A DNA stretch of 64,000 nt, taken from the NCBI GenBank assembly GCA_963666975.2, contig CAXVYR010000004.1, positions 1 through 64,000 on the forward strand, given 5' to 3'. Made by a program: the position numbers and the translations under genes. The notes under the pieces were generated by a model. It was not told where the DNA came from, searched no databases, and saw only the letters and a list, made by a program, of their open reading frames with translations. Positions 48,349-59,069 of the stretch are shown here, one piece after another. The DNA is from Terriglobia bacterium. GTDB taxonomy: Bacteria; Acidobacteriota; Terriglobia; 2-12-FULL-54-10. Every line of letters begins with the position of its first letter. Position 1 is the first letter of the stretch.

Positions 48349-49872
48349 CTACTTCCCCGCCGATTGTCCATTCGACTTTGCCTGCTCGATATTAAATCCA
48401 AGCCCGCGCAGGACTTTCCGGGCTACCTCCCGGTCGTCAAAGGGAAGCCTTTGATCTTGAATAATCTGACAAGTCTCGTGCCCTTTGCCTGCCAGCCACA
48501 CGGTGTCACCCGCGCGCGCCTCCCGCAGGGCCATCTCAATGGCCCGCGCACGATCCGGCTCCACCGTGTAGTTCGCCTTCACTTTTTGCAAGCCGACGAT
48601 CACGTCATTCAGAATCCGGATCGGGTCCTCCGAGCGTGGATTGTCGGAGGTGAGCACGACCCAATCGCACTCTCCGGCCGCCATGCCCATCAAAGGCCGC
48701 TTGGCGCGGTCTCTGTCTCCACCGCAGCCGAACACCAAAATAACCCGGCCCTGGTTTGTCAATTCCCGCGCAGAGGAAAGCAGGTTTCGCAGGGCGTCCT
48801 CGGTGTGGGCATAGTCGACAAAGACACGAAAAGGCTGCCCCTGATCGACGGCCTCCAAGCGGCCAGGGACACGCACCGGCAGGATTCCCTGCGCAATGGC
48901 CTCCGGGGAGACGTCGAAAGTAAGCGCCGCGGCGATGGCGGCGAGCAGATTATAAACATTGTGGCGGCCCAGCAATGGCGAGCGGACTTCCACGGGACCC
49001 GCAGGCGTCGCCGCCGTGAATTCCAGCCACTCCCGGCTCCCTGCCCATTTCCGGACGGTGACATCGGCCTTCGCTTCCACCGCATAGGTCATCACGCGGC
49101 TGCCCGGCTTGCTGCGCAGCGTGGAAGAGCGAGGGTCATCTACATTGAGAACCGCGAATGCCGGCGCTTCGCTTTCCGGGGAAGCGAGAAAAAGCTTCTC
49201 CTTGGCGGCAAAATATCTCTCCTGATCCCCGTGGAAATCCAGGTGGTCGCGGGAAAAATTGGTGAAGACGGCGGCATGGAACGAGCAGCCCGTGACGCGC
49301 TCCAGCTCCAGCGCGTGCGAGGAAACTTCCATCACCGTGGACCGTCCTCCCTCATCGGCAATCTCCCGCAACATTTTCTGAAGATCCAAAGACTCCGGGG
49401 TCGTGTTCGGAGCAGGCCGGCGCTTCTCCCCGGAACCCAAGCGGTAATCGATGGTCCCGAGCAGGCCGGGTTTCCAGCCGGCAACTTCCAGAATGGAGGC
49501 CAGCACAAAGGCCGCCGTGGTTTTGCCGTTCGTCCCGGTGATGCCAACCAGTTTGATCTGCCGGGACGGATACCCATAAAACCGGCTCGCCGCCAGGGCC
49601 AGCGTCCTACGGACATTGGCGACCTGAATCCATGCAGAGGGCCCCGCAACCAGTTTTTCAGTCGGCGGGGACTCGCTGACAACAGCAGCGGCGCCCCGGC
49701 TCAGCGCTTCCGGGATGAAGCGGCTTCCGTCTTGTTCAAAGCCGCGAATGGCAAAAAAAACCTGCCCCGGCGAAACGCGCCGGGAGTGATACTCCAAGCC
49801 GGTGACCGGCAACTCGCGGTTGCCGAAAATCCGGACTCCAGAGACCGGCTGAAAAAACTCCTGAAGGTTCAT
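48349..49872 (-). CDS. murE: UDP-MurNAc-dipeptide meso-DAP ligase
   Basis: TGTNGKTT, MEVSSH, DYAHT, DNPR (DAP specificity) and AGKGHE. Confidence 0.98.
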   Translation of the reverse strand: MNLQEFFQPVSGVRIFGNRELPVTGLEYHSRRVSPGQVFFAIRGFEQDGSRFIPEALSRGAAAVVSESPPTEKLVAGPSAWIQVANVRRTLALAASRFYGYPSRQIKLVGITGTNGKTTAAFVLASILEVAGWKPGLLGTIDYRLGSGEKRRPAPNTTPESLDLQKMLREIADEGGRSTVMEVSSHALELERVTGCSFHAAVFTNFSRDHLDFHGDQERYFAAKEKLFLASPESEAPAFAVLNVDDPRSSTLRSKPGSRVMTYAVEAKADVTVRKWAGSREWLEFTAATPAGPVEVRSPLLGRHNVYNLLAAIAAALTFDVSPEAIAQGILPVRVPGRLEAVDQGQPFRVFVDYAHTEDALRNLLSSARELTNQGRVILVFGCGGDRDRAKRPLMGMAAGECDWVVLTSDNPRSEDPIRILNDVIVGLQKVKANYTVEPDRARAIEMALREARAGDTVWLAGKGHETCQIIQDQRLPFDDREVARKVLRGLGFNIEQAKSNGQSAGK

Positions 49873-50019
49873 TCTATTTGGACCGCTTGAACAGCATGAG
49901 CCGCTGTATCGGATATGCGGGGGGGCGCTGAAACCCCAGCTTCCCGCAACCGGCGCGCTCCTCGCTGGCTGGAAAGACAAAGCAACACGTTCGATTATAC
50001 CTCCTGACCCCATCCCCGG

Positions 50020-52215
50020 CTAACCGGCGGCTGGAACCGTTGCGTCCTGCTGCGCGGACCCTGCGGCTGGAAGGCGCATCGCAGGCCGCTTGTCTTTCTC
50101 TACCTCTGCCTCTGCCGGCTGTTGCTCCCGAGTCCTTCCACCGACTCGAAACCGAACCACGATCTTCCTTCCCTCCGGCAAGGGAAGGCTCGGCAAGGGA
50201 AACTGCTCATAGGCGATGCCGCTGCCTACCACCTGCAACTCCAAACCCTTTGCCAGGGATTGCTCCACGACAGCCCGGACTGTCTTCCCCAAAAAGTTGG
50301 GAACCATCCGGCTGGAATCAAGCGTCACGAGAGCGCCCGGTCGCATTCTATCCAGCGGGCCATTGTGCGTGCCCGCAGAGGGCTCCCGGGAAACGAGAGG
50401 CGTGGACGCCGCCACAGCTACAGACTCCGGCAAGCCATCTCCGGCTAGCCCCGTTCCCCGCCGCTGGGAAGGGAGAATGGATGGGGACCTCACAGGAAAA
50501 TCCGCATCCGCTGCGGCGAGGGACGGAGCTGGGACGGCCTCCCAAGGTTCGGTGGCCGGGACATTTTGGTAAGCCAGGGCTTGCTCGGCGATACGCTTGA
50601 AAATCGGCGCAGCCACATTACCCCCCCCATGCTTTTCTCCCTGGGGGGTATCGATCACGACCAGGATGGTGAATACGGGGGATTCAGCAGGGGCGAATCC
50701 GACAAAGGAAGCTACATAGTCGGTCAGGGAATAGGTGCCGGTGGCAGGATCAATTTTCTGCGCGGTGCCCGTCTTGCCGGCAGCCGAGTAACGCGCGAGC
50801 TGCGCCTCCTGTGCGGTGCCGTCGCTGACCACCTTCACCATCATGCGGCGCAAGGTGGCTGCCGTATCCTCACCGATGATCTGCCGGGAATCGCCGGCCT
50901 CGCCGTGCCGGAGGTCGCCTGCGGGAGCCTGCTCCTTTACGATGCGCGGCCGGAGCCACCGGCCTCCGTTTACGATGGCGGAGGCAGCCGACACAAGCTG
51001 GATGGGCGTGACACCGATCTCCTGCCCCATGCTGATGGAGCCGATGGATACTTTCGACCATCGCTCCGGGGGCTTGGTCAAACCACGGCTCTCGCCCGGA
51101 AGCTCGATCCCGGTAGGGCTGCCAAACCCGAAGTCCCTGAGATACCGGTGCAAGCCCTCGTCTCCCAGCCGCATCGCCAGCTTGATGATTCCTACATCGC
51201 TGGAGTATTGCAGAATCTCCCCGACATTGAGCAGCGAAAAGGGTTTGTGGTCCCGGATGGTGTGACCGGCCAGTGTGATCTGGCCCATTTGGCAATCGAT
51301 GTATTCTTCCGGATGAGCTAGTCCCTCTTCCAAAACCGCTGCCGCCGTAATGATCTTCAAGGTGGAGCCGGGTTCAAAGGCCGCGCTGACGGCCAGGTTC
51401 CGGAAAACCTCCGGGTCGGTCTCGCCATAGGTGTTGGGGTTGAAGGTGGGCCGGCTTGCCATTGCCAAAATCTCCCCTGTATGGGGGTCCTGCACGATGA
51501 CACTGCCGGAAAGGGCGCCCGTTTGCTCCATCGCCCGGTCCAGTTCGCGCTCGACAATATATTGGATATTTTCATCCAGGGTCAGAACCAGATCCTCCCC
51601 GGCTTCCGGCGGCCGGCCGGAACGGCTGAACCAGCGTTGTCGCGCATCCTTTTCAATAATCAACTTGCCGGGACGCCCCCGAATGGATTTCTCATAGCGA
51701 AGCTCGACGCCTGCCAGCCCGTTGTCGTCCATGCCGACATGGCCGAGCACATGAGCGGCCAGCTCCCGCTTGGGATAAAAACGCTTGCTCTCCTTCTGGA
51801 AATAAACGCCCTTCAAATTCAACTGACGGATGCGGTCAGCCTCCCGCGCGGAAATCTTGCGTTTGATCCAGCGGAAGAAATGCGTCCCTTGGAGTTTTCG
51901 CCCCACCTCGGCCGGGTCCAGGTCTAGAACCGGAGCCAGCAATTTTGCCGTGCTTTCCGGATTGGGAATTTCCGTGGGGACGGCGAAGACCGACTCCACC
52001 TCAATACTCATCGCCAGCGGGCGCAGGTTCCGGTCGTAAATCATGCCCCGCACGGGGCTCACTTCCACGGTGCGCTCTTGCTGCCGCCGGGCACGGCGAG
52101 TGAAAGAATCATGCTGGAGGACTTGCAAATCAACGAGACGGGCAAAAACCAGGGCAACCCACGCGAGCAGGATGGCAGGGACGATCAGAAGATGGCGTCG
52201 GGGAAGTGGCTTCAT
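50020..52215 (-). CDS. ftsI: class B penicillin-binding protein (FtsI/PBP3-like) with PASTA domain
   Basis: RG.IYDRN, PGSTLK (SxxK), SSD, KTGT and a C-terminal VPNFLGK PASTA domain. Confidence 0.93.
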   Translation of the reverse strand: MKPLPRRHLLIVPAILLAWVALVFARLVDLQVLQHDSFTRRARRQQERTVEVSPVRGMIYDRNLRPLAMSIEVESVFAVPTEIPNPESTAKLLAPVLDLDPAEVGRKLQGTHFFRWIKRKISAREADRIRQLNLKGVYFQKESKRFYPKRELAAHVLGHVGMDDNGLAGVELRYEKSIRGRPGKLIIEKDARQRWFSRSGRPPEAGEDLVLTLDENIQYIVERELDRAMEQTGALSGSVIVQDPHTGEILAMASRPTFNPNTYGETDPEVFRNLAVSAAFEPGSTLKIITAAAVLEEGLAHPEEYIDCQMGQITLAGHTIRDHKPFSLLNVGEILQYSSDVGIIKLAMRLGDEGLHRYLRDFGFGSPTGIELPGESRGLTKPPERWSKVSIGSISMGQEIGVTPIQLVSAASAIVNGGRWLRPRIVKEQAPAGDLRHGEAGDSRQIIGEDTAATLRRMMVKVVSDGTAQEAQLARYSAAGKTGTAQKIDPATGTYSLTDYVASFVGFAPAESPVFTILVVIDTPQGEKHGGGNVAAPIFKRIAEQALAYQNVPATEPWEAVPAPSLAAADADFPVRSPSILPSQRRGTGLAGDGLPESVAVAASTPLVSREPSAGTHNGPLDRMRPGALVTLDSSRMVPNFLGKTVRAVVEQSLAKGLELQVVGSGIAYEQFPLPSLPLPEGRKIVVRFRVGGRTREQQPAEAEVEKDKRPAMRLPAAGSAQQDATVPAAG

Positions 52216-52343
52216 GTCCCCTGGCAGTCGAGCGTTCCAAAATAAAAGTTCGGCACGGCACTCGCCGGGAGTTTCACGCTGACTCGAATTCTTCGCGAGT
52301 TTTCTAAGCGACCCGTACGTAAAATCGCCCGTGGCAGCTATCG

Positions 52344-52775
52344 TTAAGGCACTACTACGGCAACGTTCTTTGCTTGCGGCGGAAGCGGAGCAGCCAGACG
52401 GCGGACCCTCGCCAGCACGGGAACTGCCGGCTCCAGAGAGGACGCTTCCCCGTTGACGATTTGAGCGGGAGAAAGAGCCGTCATCCCCAATTGATTACGG
52501 GCAATGGTGTCAATGCGGACAGGGTCGCCGAGGGAGGCTGCCTCCAACTGCAGTTTGCGGTTGGCTTCGAGCGTCTGCTGCTTCTCCCTCTGCAGCCTCT
52601 CGATGCGGTAGCCGTACTGCACGCATTCGAAACTTTGCCACGCGGAAAACAAAACGGTCCCAAAGCAAAAAACTGCCAGCAGGGCGATGGAAAGACATTT
52701 CCGGGCCGCATCCGGGTCCGCTACCGGCACCAGCCGGGAATTGTCAATCGGCATTACGAAATAAATTCCCCTCAT
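52344..52775 (-). CDS. ftsL: cell division protein FtsL
   Basis: TM plus coiled coil LEAASLGDPVRIDTIARNQLGM. Its ATG overlaps the rsmH stop. Confidence 0.88.
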   Translation of the reverse strand: MRGIYFVMPIDNSRLVPVADPDAARKCLSIALLAVFCFGTVLFSAWQSFECVQYGYRIERLQREKQQTLEANRKLQLEAASLGDPVRIDTIARNQLGMTALSPAQIVNGEASSLEPAVPVLARVRRLAAPLPPQAKNVAVVVP

Positions 52776-53716
52776 TCCACCATTCCCAAGAAACTTTTTA
52801 TTCCCTCTTCGGCTTCCGGCAGCCGTTCGGCGGCCCGCAAGCGCGCGCTGCGGGACCTTTGGTTTGCCCACACCTCGGACTGGGCCGGCCTGACGACATG
52901 GCGCGTCAGATTGCGCATTCGGCCTGCCCGGGCCCACTGCTGAAACTGCCGCTTTACAATGCGATCTTCCAATGAATGAAAACTGATGATGACTAACCTT
53001 CCTTGCGGAACCAAACACTCCGGGGCAGCTTGTAAAAATGCTTCCAGTAAGTCCAACTCCCGATTCACGGCAATCCGCAACGCTTGGAAGGTTCGCGTTG
53101 CAGGATGAATCCGTTTTCCGATTGCTCGGGACGCGGCCCGCCTGCCCCCCAGACAGGCTTCGATCAGGTCTGCCAAATGTACCGTACTCCGGATTGGCCG
53201 CGCCCGAACAATCGCTCTGGCGATTCTCTGCGACCTCCTTTCTTCTCCGAATTTGTAAATCAGGCCGGCGAGTGCGCGCTCGCCGAACCGATTTACGATT
53301 TCCCCGGCAGTGAGTCGCTCGTTCGGATTCATGCGCATATCCAGCGGTCCCTCTGCCTTCAGGCTGAAACCTCGCCCAGGAGTTTCGATCTGCATCTGTG
53401 AGTAGCCGAGGTCAGCCAATATTCCGTCCACCCCAGATAATTGGAGCCGTCGCAGGAGCTGGAGCAAGCCGGTAAAATCTTCGTTCACCAGCGTGATCTT
53501 GTGCCTGTACGGTAATAAATTCTCCCGAGCGATCTCGATTGCCATCGGGTCTTTGTCCAATGCGATCAACCGACCCGTGGTCAAATTCTTTAAAATGGCC
53601 CGGCTATGGCCTCCGGCGCCCGTCGTGGCATCCACATAGACGCCTTCGGGCCGGATGGCCAGCCATTCCACCGCTTCCCCCAACAAAACGGGGATATGAT
53701 GCATCGGCTGTGCCAT
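52772..53716 (-). CDS. rsmH: 16S rRNA m4C1402 methyltransferase
   Basis: HIPVLL, DAT.GAGGHS, PLDMRM, TFQALRIAVN and ISFHSLEDR. Confidence 0.98.
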   Translation of the reverse strand: MAQPMHHIPVLLGEAVEWLAIRPEGVYVDATTGAGGHSRAILKNLTTGRLIALDKDPMAIEIARENLLPYRHKITLVNEDFTGLLQLLRRLQLSGVDGILADLGYSQMQIETPGRGFSLKAEGPLDMRMNPNERLTAGEIVNRFGERALAGLIYKFGEERRSQRIARAIVRARPIRSTVHLADLIEACLGGRRAASRAIGKRIHPATRTFQALRIAVNRELDLLEAFLQAAPECLVPQGRLVIISFHSLEDRIVKRQFQQWARAGRMRNLTRHVVRPAQSEVWANQRSRSARLRAAERLPEAEEGIKSFLGMVE

Positions 53717-53858
53717 GGGAGCATGCTCCCCACCGGAAGCGTCTCCGCTCCACCGGCTTCGTTTAATGCCTTACTTCATCCTCATCCACTTGAAAGCTTC
53801 GCAGCAAGCCCTGTCGCTCACAGGGCTCGTGCCAGGAGCTGCCAACGGAAGCTCCGGC

Positions 53859-54299
53859 TTAAATTCCCAGATCATCCAGAATGCGTTCGTCGTCCGGCGT
53901 GATCGGATTATTCTGAATCTCGGCCAGGAACCGCTCATTATTCCAAACCGTCAGATACGTCAGATTGCCCAGCACGGCCACGTCGCCTTTCATCTCTGCC
54001 GCTTCCCGCAGCACGGCCGGGATCAACAACCGGCCTTGTTTGTCCCACGTGACGACCTGCCCAAAATAATTCGCGCGGTCCAAAAATTTCCGCCTCGTCC
54101 GATTGAAGGTCGAATTCCGGGAGAGCTTCTCTTCGATCTGAGTCCATTCCTCGAGGGGATAGATCCGCACGTATTGGCCGTCCAGGCTGGTAACACAGAA
54201 CTGTTCCCCATAGGCGCTCTCCAGTTCCTCTTTGAAGGGCACTGGAATTTTCAAGCGCCCTTTCTCGTCTATTCGGGCTGGATAGTTTCCTCTCAGCAT
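53859..54299 (-). CDS. mraZ: transcriptional regulator MraZ
   Basis: Two DxxGR motifs (DEKGRLKIP, DKQGRLLIP), first gene of the dcw cluster. Confidence 0.97.
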   Translation of the reverse strand: MLRGNYPARIDEKGRLKIPVPFKEELESAYGEQFCVTSLDGQYVRIYPLEEWTQIEEKLSRNSTFNRTRRKFLDRANYFGQVVTWDKQGRLLIPAVLREAAEMKGDVAVLGNLTYLTVWNNERFLAEIQNNPITPDDERILDDLGI

Positions 54300-54335
54300 A
54301 GGACAGCCGCCAGGGGGACGAAATCAAAGTTTTAT

Positions 54336-54370
54336 TCCAATTTTTTCTATTTAACTCCACTCGCACCCAC
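54336..54370 (-). promoter_or_regulatory. MraZ binding repeats
   Basis: Minus-strand GTGGG, GTGGA, ATAGA and TTGGA at a 10-nt period upstream of mraZ. Confidence 0.6.
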
Positions 54371-54563
54371 TTGATACCCCATAGGCTGAATGTTGTCAAG
54401 GAAAATGTTGTTAAGAAATTCCCATGTAAGGGTGGAGTTCCCTCAGAGATGTTCCAGGTATTGTAGCTTGCCTGTCCTGGAGAGACTATATATTGGCAGT
54501 AACTGAAAGGGTACGAGGGTACAGGGTACGAGGACACGAGGCTGCGAGCGCCCTGCGCCGCCT

Positions 54564-55115
54564 TTATTTGCGGGAAGGGGTCAACATGCTTCCCAGGGGA
54601 AGCGTCGCCAAATCATTCCAACCGTTCTCCGGGGTCTGCTGCACAAGCGAGAGAGACTCCAGACGAAAGGCGCGCTCTCCGGCAAAACGGCCCCATTGGC
54701 GAGAAACATCTTCGAGCACCGCATGCATGCCGGCTTCGTCCAGTTCCTGCGCAATGGTGACGTGGGGAACATAAGGGTAAGGTTCCACGCATTCCAGCCC
54801 GCCGCAATTCAAAGCGTCGTGCAACTCAACCAGATGCTGGGACCCAAAAGAAATGGAAAGATACACAACCCCGTTGACCGGCCAGAAAGTAGCGACGCCG
54901 TCAATGCCCACCTGAAAGGGCTCCCACTGAGCACACCTTTTTTGGATTCCCTGCACGGCCTCGTTCTGCGCCGCCTGCAGCAGACGAGGCGGCAAGATCG
55001 ACACGTGCGCCAGCCAGTCAGCCAAGTTCGGATTCAGCCGCTTGCGAAAACCGTCTACGAAATCGCGCAACTCGCCAGAAAGATAGGAAACAACCGAGTA
55101 GTTCAGCTCCGACAT
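54564..55115 (-). CDS. 2H phosphoesterase (2'-5' RNA ligase / YjcG-like)
   Basis: Two HxS/T motifs: AHVSI and PHVTIA. Confidence 0.88.
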   Translation of the reverse strand: MSELNYSVVSYLSGELRDFVDGFRKRLNPNLADWLAHVSILPPRLLQAAQNEAVQGIQKRCAQWEPFQVGIDGVATFWPVNGVVYLSISFGSQHLVELHDALNCGGLECVEPYPYVPHVTIAQELDEAGMHAVLEDVSRQWGRFAGERAFRLESLSLVQQTPENGWNDLATLPLGSMLTPSRK

Positions 55116-55572
55116 CCACCCTAGCTTATCGGATAAGGAATCCTTTCCTCAAGCAAATTTCTAAAGCAACGCCTCCGCGGGGTATGCTTTTTGCTACTCA
55201 AAATTCCCCCTCGAAAACCATTCCGCTGAACGCTTCCTAACCCACCAGGACCAGCCCGCCATAGGACTTCGCAACGAGAACAGCCCCAGGAACAATTCAG
55301 TCGACATCCACCTATAAATAATATTTATAATAACCATAATAATTATTAACTTAACAAATGACCCCATTCGGGCATTTAATTAACACGGAAGCTTTTGGCA
55401 GGTGAGGATAGCAGGAATATCTCATTGGTCCGCAACAACTAAAGCCGGTGTTTCGTAAACAGCGGGCAGATTATCCGGCAGCGGGTGAAGCCTGAGCCGA
55501 AAGTTCAAAAGCTGTCCGGCATCCGAAAAGCTTGCTGGCTTTTTTATTCTGAAAAAAAGAAGGGGCCTATAG

Positions 55573-56628
55573 ATGGAAATCTTTTATGAAAGCGATGCGC
55601 GGCCGGACCTGTTGCGCGACAAGGTAATCGCCATGCTGGGATATGGCAGCCAGGGTCACGCCCAGGCGCAGAATTTGCGGGACAGCGGATTTACCGTGGT
55701 GGTGGGGCTGGCTCCGGAAAGGCCCTCGGCCCGGCAAGCTGCTGCGGATGGCTTTGAGGTGCTGCCGGCGCCGGAGGCGGTGCGCAAGGCCGACCTGATC
55801 CAAATCCTGGCCCCGGATGAGCGCCACCGGGAGCTGTTTGAAAACGACGTGCGGCCCAACCTGAAACCCCAGGCGATCCTGATGACCTCCCACGGTTTCA
55901 GCATCCACTTCAAACAGATTGTTCCCCCGCCGACAGCCGACGTGGTGATGGTCGCGCCGAAGGGGCCGGGCCATCTGGTGCGCAGAGTGTACCAGGAGGG
56001 CCGCGGGGTGCCTTCCTTGATCGCAGTGGCGCAGGATGCCTCCGGGAAGGCGCAGGATTACGCTCTGGCCTATGCCTATGGCATCGGCAGCACGCGGGCG
56101 GGCGTGGTGAAAACCACCTTCCGGGAAGAGACGGAAACGGACCTGTTCGGCGAGCAGGCGGTGCTTTGCGGAGGGCTGACCTCTCTGATGAAGGCGGGCT
56201 TTGAAACGCTGGTTGAGGCCGGCTACCAACCGGAGATGGCTTACTTTGAATGCATCCATGAAGTGAAGCTGATCGTGGACCTCATCTACGAAGGCGGGCT
56301 GGCGCGCATGCGCGACTCCATCAGCAATACAGCCGAGTTTGGGGACCTGACGCGCGGACCGCGGCTGCTCGGCCCGGAAGTCCGGGAACGGATGAAGCAA
56401 ATCCTGATCGACATCCAGGAAGGCTCGTTCGCCAAAGAATGGATCCAGGAAAATCAGGATGGCTGCCCCAACTTCAACCGCCTGCGGGAGAAGGAAAAGA
56501 CTCATCAAGTGGAAAGCGTGGGGCAGGAACTGCGCGGCATGATGTCGTGGCTGCAAAAGAAAGAACCGGAAGCGCAGAAGGGAAAGAAGAAGGGGGAAAA
56601 GACCGAACGGACGGCGGCCCGCGCTTGA
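55573..56628 (+). CDS. ilvC: ketol-acid reductoisomerase
   Basis: [22 protein letters not shown] and [14 protein letters not shown]. Confidence 0.98.
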   Translation: MEIFYESDARPDLLRDKVIAMLGYGSQGHAQAQNLRDSGFTVVVGLAPERPSARQAAADGFEVLPAPEAVRKADLIQILAPDERHRELFENDVRPNLKPQAILMTSHGFSIHFKQIVPPPTADVVMVAPKGPGHLVRRVYQEGRGVPSLIAVAQDASGKAQDYALAYAYGIGSTRAGVVKTTFREETETDLFGEQAVLCGGLTSLMKAGFETLVEAGYQPEMAYFECIHEVKLIVDLIYEGGLARMRDSISNTAEFGDLTRGPRLLGPEVRERMKQILIDIQEGSFAKEWIQENQDGCPNFNRLREKEKTHQVESVGQELRGMMSWLQKKEPEAQKGKKKGEKTERTAARA

Positions 56629-56720
56629 TCCGATAGCGGGCAAGCGATGGCAGCCGCGCCGATGAACGACTCAACGGCCCAGCGGAAAGAAGAAAGAAAA
56701 CGAAGAAGGAGAAATTGGTT

Positions 56721-58403
56721 ATGCCGATTACCGGAGCTCAAATAGCGCTGGAATGTTTGATGCGAGAGGGAGTGGAGGTGATCTTCGGCTACCCCGGCGG
56801 GGCCAACATCCCCATCTACGACGCCCTCTATAACAGCCGCATCCGCCATATCCTCACCCGGCACGAGCAGGGAGCCGTTTTTGCGGCGGAAGGCTACGCC
56901 CGGGCGAGCGGCCAGCCCGGCGTTTGCCTGGCCACCTCCGGCCCCGGCGCAACCAACCTGGTCACCGGCATCGCCGACGCCAAGATGGACGGCGTGCCGC
57001 TGGTCTGCATCACCGGCCAGGTGCGCCGCCCGATGATCGGCACCGACGCCTTCCAGGAAACCGACGTCGTGGGCCTCACGCTGCCCATCACCAAGTTCAA
57101 TTGCATGGTGACCCGCACCGAAGAGCTGCCGCGCCTGATGGCCCAGGCCTTTCACGTGGCTCGCTCCGGACGTCCGGGTCCCGTGCTGATCGACATCCCG
57201 GTGGATGTATCCAAAGAACAGCTCGAGACGGTGGAGTATCCCGAAACGGGGGAGTTGCCGGGATATGATCCAGAGAAGAAGGCCGGGCTCCCTCTCGATC
57301 AGGTGATCGAGATGCTGGCCTCCAGCCGCCGGCCCGTGGCGATCGTAGGAGCCGGAGCCAAGTGGGGAGGCGCCACCGCGCAGGTGCGGGAGCTGCTGGA
57401 CCGGCTGAAGCTGCCCACCGTAACCACGGTCCAAGGCCTGGGAACGGTTCCCGAAGACCGGGACTACTTCCTGGGAATGGTGGGAATGCACGGCATGCGG
57501 CAGTCCAACATTGCCGTCAGCCACTCGGATCTGCTGTTGGTGCTGGGAGCGCGCCTGGATGATCGCGTGACCGGCGACCCTTCGCGCTTTGCCAAGCATG
57601 CCAAGATTGTTCACTTTGAGATTGATCCGGCGCAGTTGAGCCGCGTGCGGCCCTGCGACCTGCCGGTGGTGGGCGATTTAAGGGACACGGCGGGCCGGAT
57701 GCTTTCCGCGCTTCCCGCTTCCTTGCCGAACTGGAGCGCGTGGCTGGAAGAGACGCGCTCGGTCCCCAACCCCCCGCCGAAGGAGAAAGTCGGCCACGGG
57801 AAGCCCTCCCCCACGCTGCTGCTCGAGATGCTGTTTGAGATGATTCATCCCGACGCGCTGGTAACCGTGGACGTCGGCCAGCACCAGATGTGGGCCGCGC
57901 AGCGCGCCTCCGGCCTCGCCCATCCCCGGCAGTTCATCACCAGCGGCGGCCTGGGTGCGATGGGTTTTGCTCTTCCGGCGGCCATCGGCGCTCAACTGGC
58001 TTATCCGCACCGCCAGGTGGTCTGCATCACCGGGGACGGCGGCTTCCAGATGAACATCCAGGAGCTGGCCACCATTCAGCGGTATTCGCTGCCGATAAAA
58101 ATACTGGTGATCGACAACAAGTACCTGGGCATGGTCCGCCAGTGGCAGCAGTTGTTCCACGACCGCCGCTACTCGGAGGTGGACCTGTATGACAATCCCG
58201 ACTTTGTCCGGATCGCCGAGGCCTACGGGATACCGGCCACGCTCATGAATTGCGGCACGGACATGGAACGCCAGTTGACGGAGTTTCTGGCGTCTCCGGG
58301 CTCGGCCCAGTTGGTGGTGGAATGCCCTGCGGAAGCCAACGTCTACCCCATGGTTGCTTCCGGAGCGTCTCTGTCGGAAATGATCCTCGAGGACAAAATA
58401 TAA
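56721..58403 (+). CDS. ilvB: acetolactate synthase large subunit
   Basis: FGYPGGA, RHEQ, TSGPGATN and the TPP motif GDGGFQMN...NKYLGMVRQWQ. Confidence 0.97.
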   Translation: MPITGAQIALECLMREGVEVIFGYPGGANIPIYDALYNSRIRHILTRHEQGAVFAAEGYARASGQPGVCLATSGPGATNLVTGIADAKMDGVPLVCITGQVRRPMIGTDAFQETDVVGLTLPITKFNCMVTRTEELPRLMAQAFHVARSGRPGPVLIDIPVDVSKEQLETVEYPETGELPGYDPEKKAGLPLDQVIEMLASSRRPVAIVGAGAKWGGATAQVRELLDRLKLPTVTTVQGLGTVPEDRDYFLGMVGMHGMRQSNIAVSHSDLLLVLGARLDDRVTGDPSRFAKHAKIVHFEIDPAQLSRVRPCDLPVVGDLRDTAGRMLSALPASLPNWSAWLEETRSVPNPPPKEKVGHGKPSPTLLLEMLFEMIHPDALVTVDVGQHQMWAAQRASGLAHPRQFITSGGLGAMGFALPAAIGAQLAYPHRQVVCITGDGGFQMNIQELATIQRYSLPIKILVIDNKYLGMVRQWQQLFHDRRYSEVDLYDNPDFVRIAEAYGIPATLMNCGTDMERQLTEFLASPGSAQLVVECPAEANVYPMVASGASLSEMILEDKI

Positions 58404-58765
58404 TGACCGGACTCGCCGTTTACTTTCACAACATCCCCGGCGCAATGATGCGCGTGCTGAATTGCTTTACGCGCCGGGGACTGGTGCTCCAGGCCGTCTG
58501 GTGCGCGCCGGTGGGAGAGAGCTACCGGGCAACGGTTCTGGTGGAAGCCTCCACGGCCACCATCGATCAGACGGTGAGGGAACTGGAAAGCACGGTCGGG
58601 GTGGACTCGGTCGAGCGCCTGGAGAAACCCCAAGCGGACCAGTTAGCCCGGTTGCAATCGCCCGAGGTGGTCACCGGCGAAAACGGCTCGACAGTGATTC
58701 GAGTCGCCGGACCGCCGGAAGAGAACCGCTTTCTGCTGAAGTGGCTGGGGTCGCCTTCCTCGTAG
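58403..58765 (+). CDS. ACT-domain acetolactate synthase small subunit (IlvN/IlvM-like, divergent)
   Basis: ATG overlaps the ilvB stop (TAATG). N.PGAM.RV...FTRRG matches the ACT pattern. Confidence 0.8.
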   Translation: MTGLAVYFHNIPGAMMRVLNCFTRRGLVLQAVWCAPVGESYRATVLVEASTATIDQTVRELESTVGVDSVERLEKPQADQLARLQSPEVVTGENGSTVIRVAGPPEENRFLLKWLGSPSS

Positions 58766-59069
58766 TTTTTACCGCTATTCTTGCCTTTTCCTCCCATAAA
58801 ATTTGCTATAATCCTGCCCCAGATTTGCCTTGTTCTTTCTTGGACAGGAGAAAATGTGGTGGGCAGGGGCAGTCCTGTCGCCGCAATGTTCCGTGCGCCC
58901 TTGCCCAACAATGGCCGGGCTCTCAGCCCGGCGGGAAGGAAACCTGCCGAGGCCGCCGAAGACAAACACCGCCGTATCTTGGACCAGAATTTTTGATCTG
59001 AAACTTTTCGCCAGTGGTTCGATCATACGCCAGCCGCGAAGCGTTGCAATCCAGCCGCGCGAGCGGCCT

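Noticed and set aside
54508-54541. GGGTACGA-type short repeats after the 2H phosphoesterase gene
   Set aside because: A degenerate simple repeat with no evidence of function.
55311-55385. Replication origin unwinding element
   Set aside because: No DnaA boxes (TTATCCACA-like) or dnaA/dnaN nearby.
55401-55457. Leader peptide MRIAGISHWSATTKAGVS as a classical ilv attenuator
   Set aside because: Only scattered Ile/Val codons, no Leu run and a weak SD.
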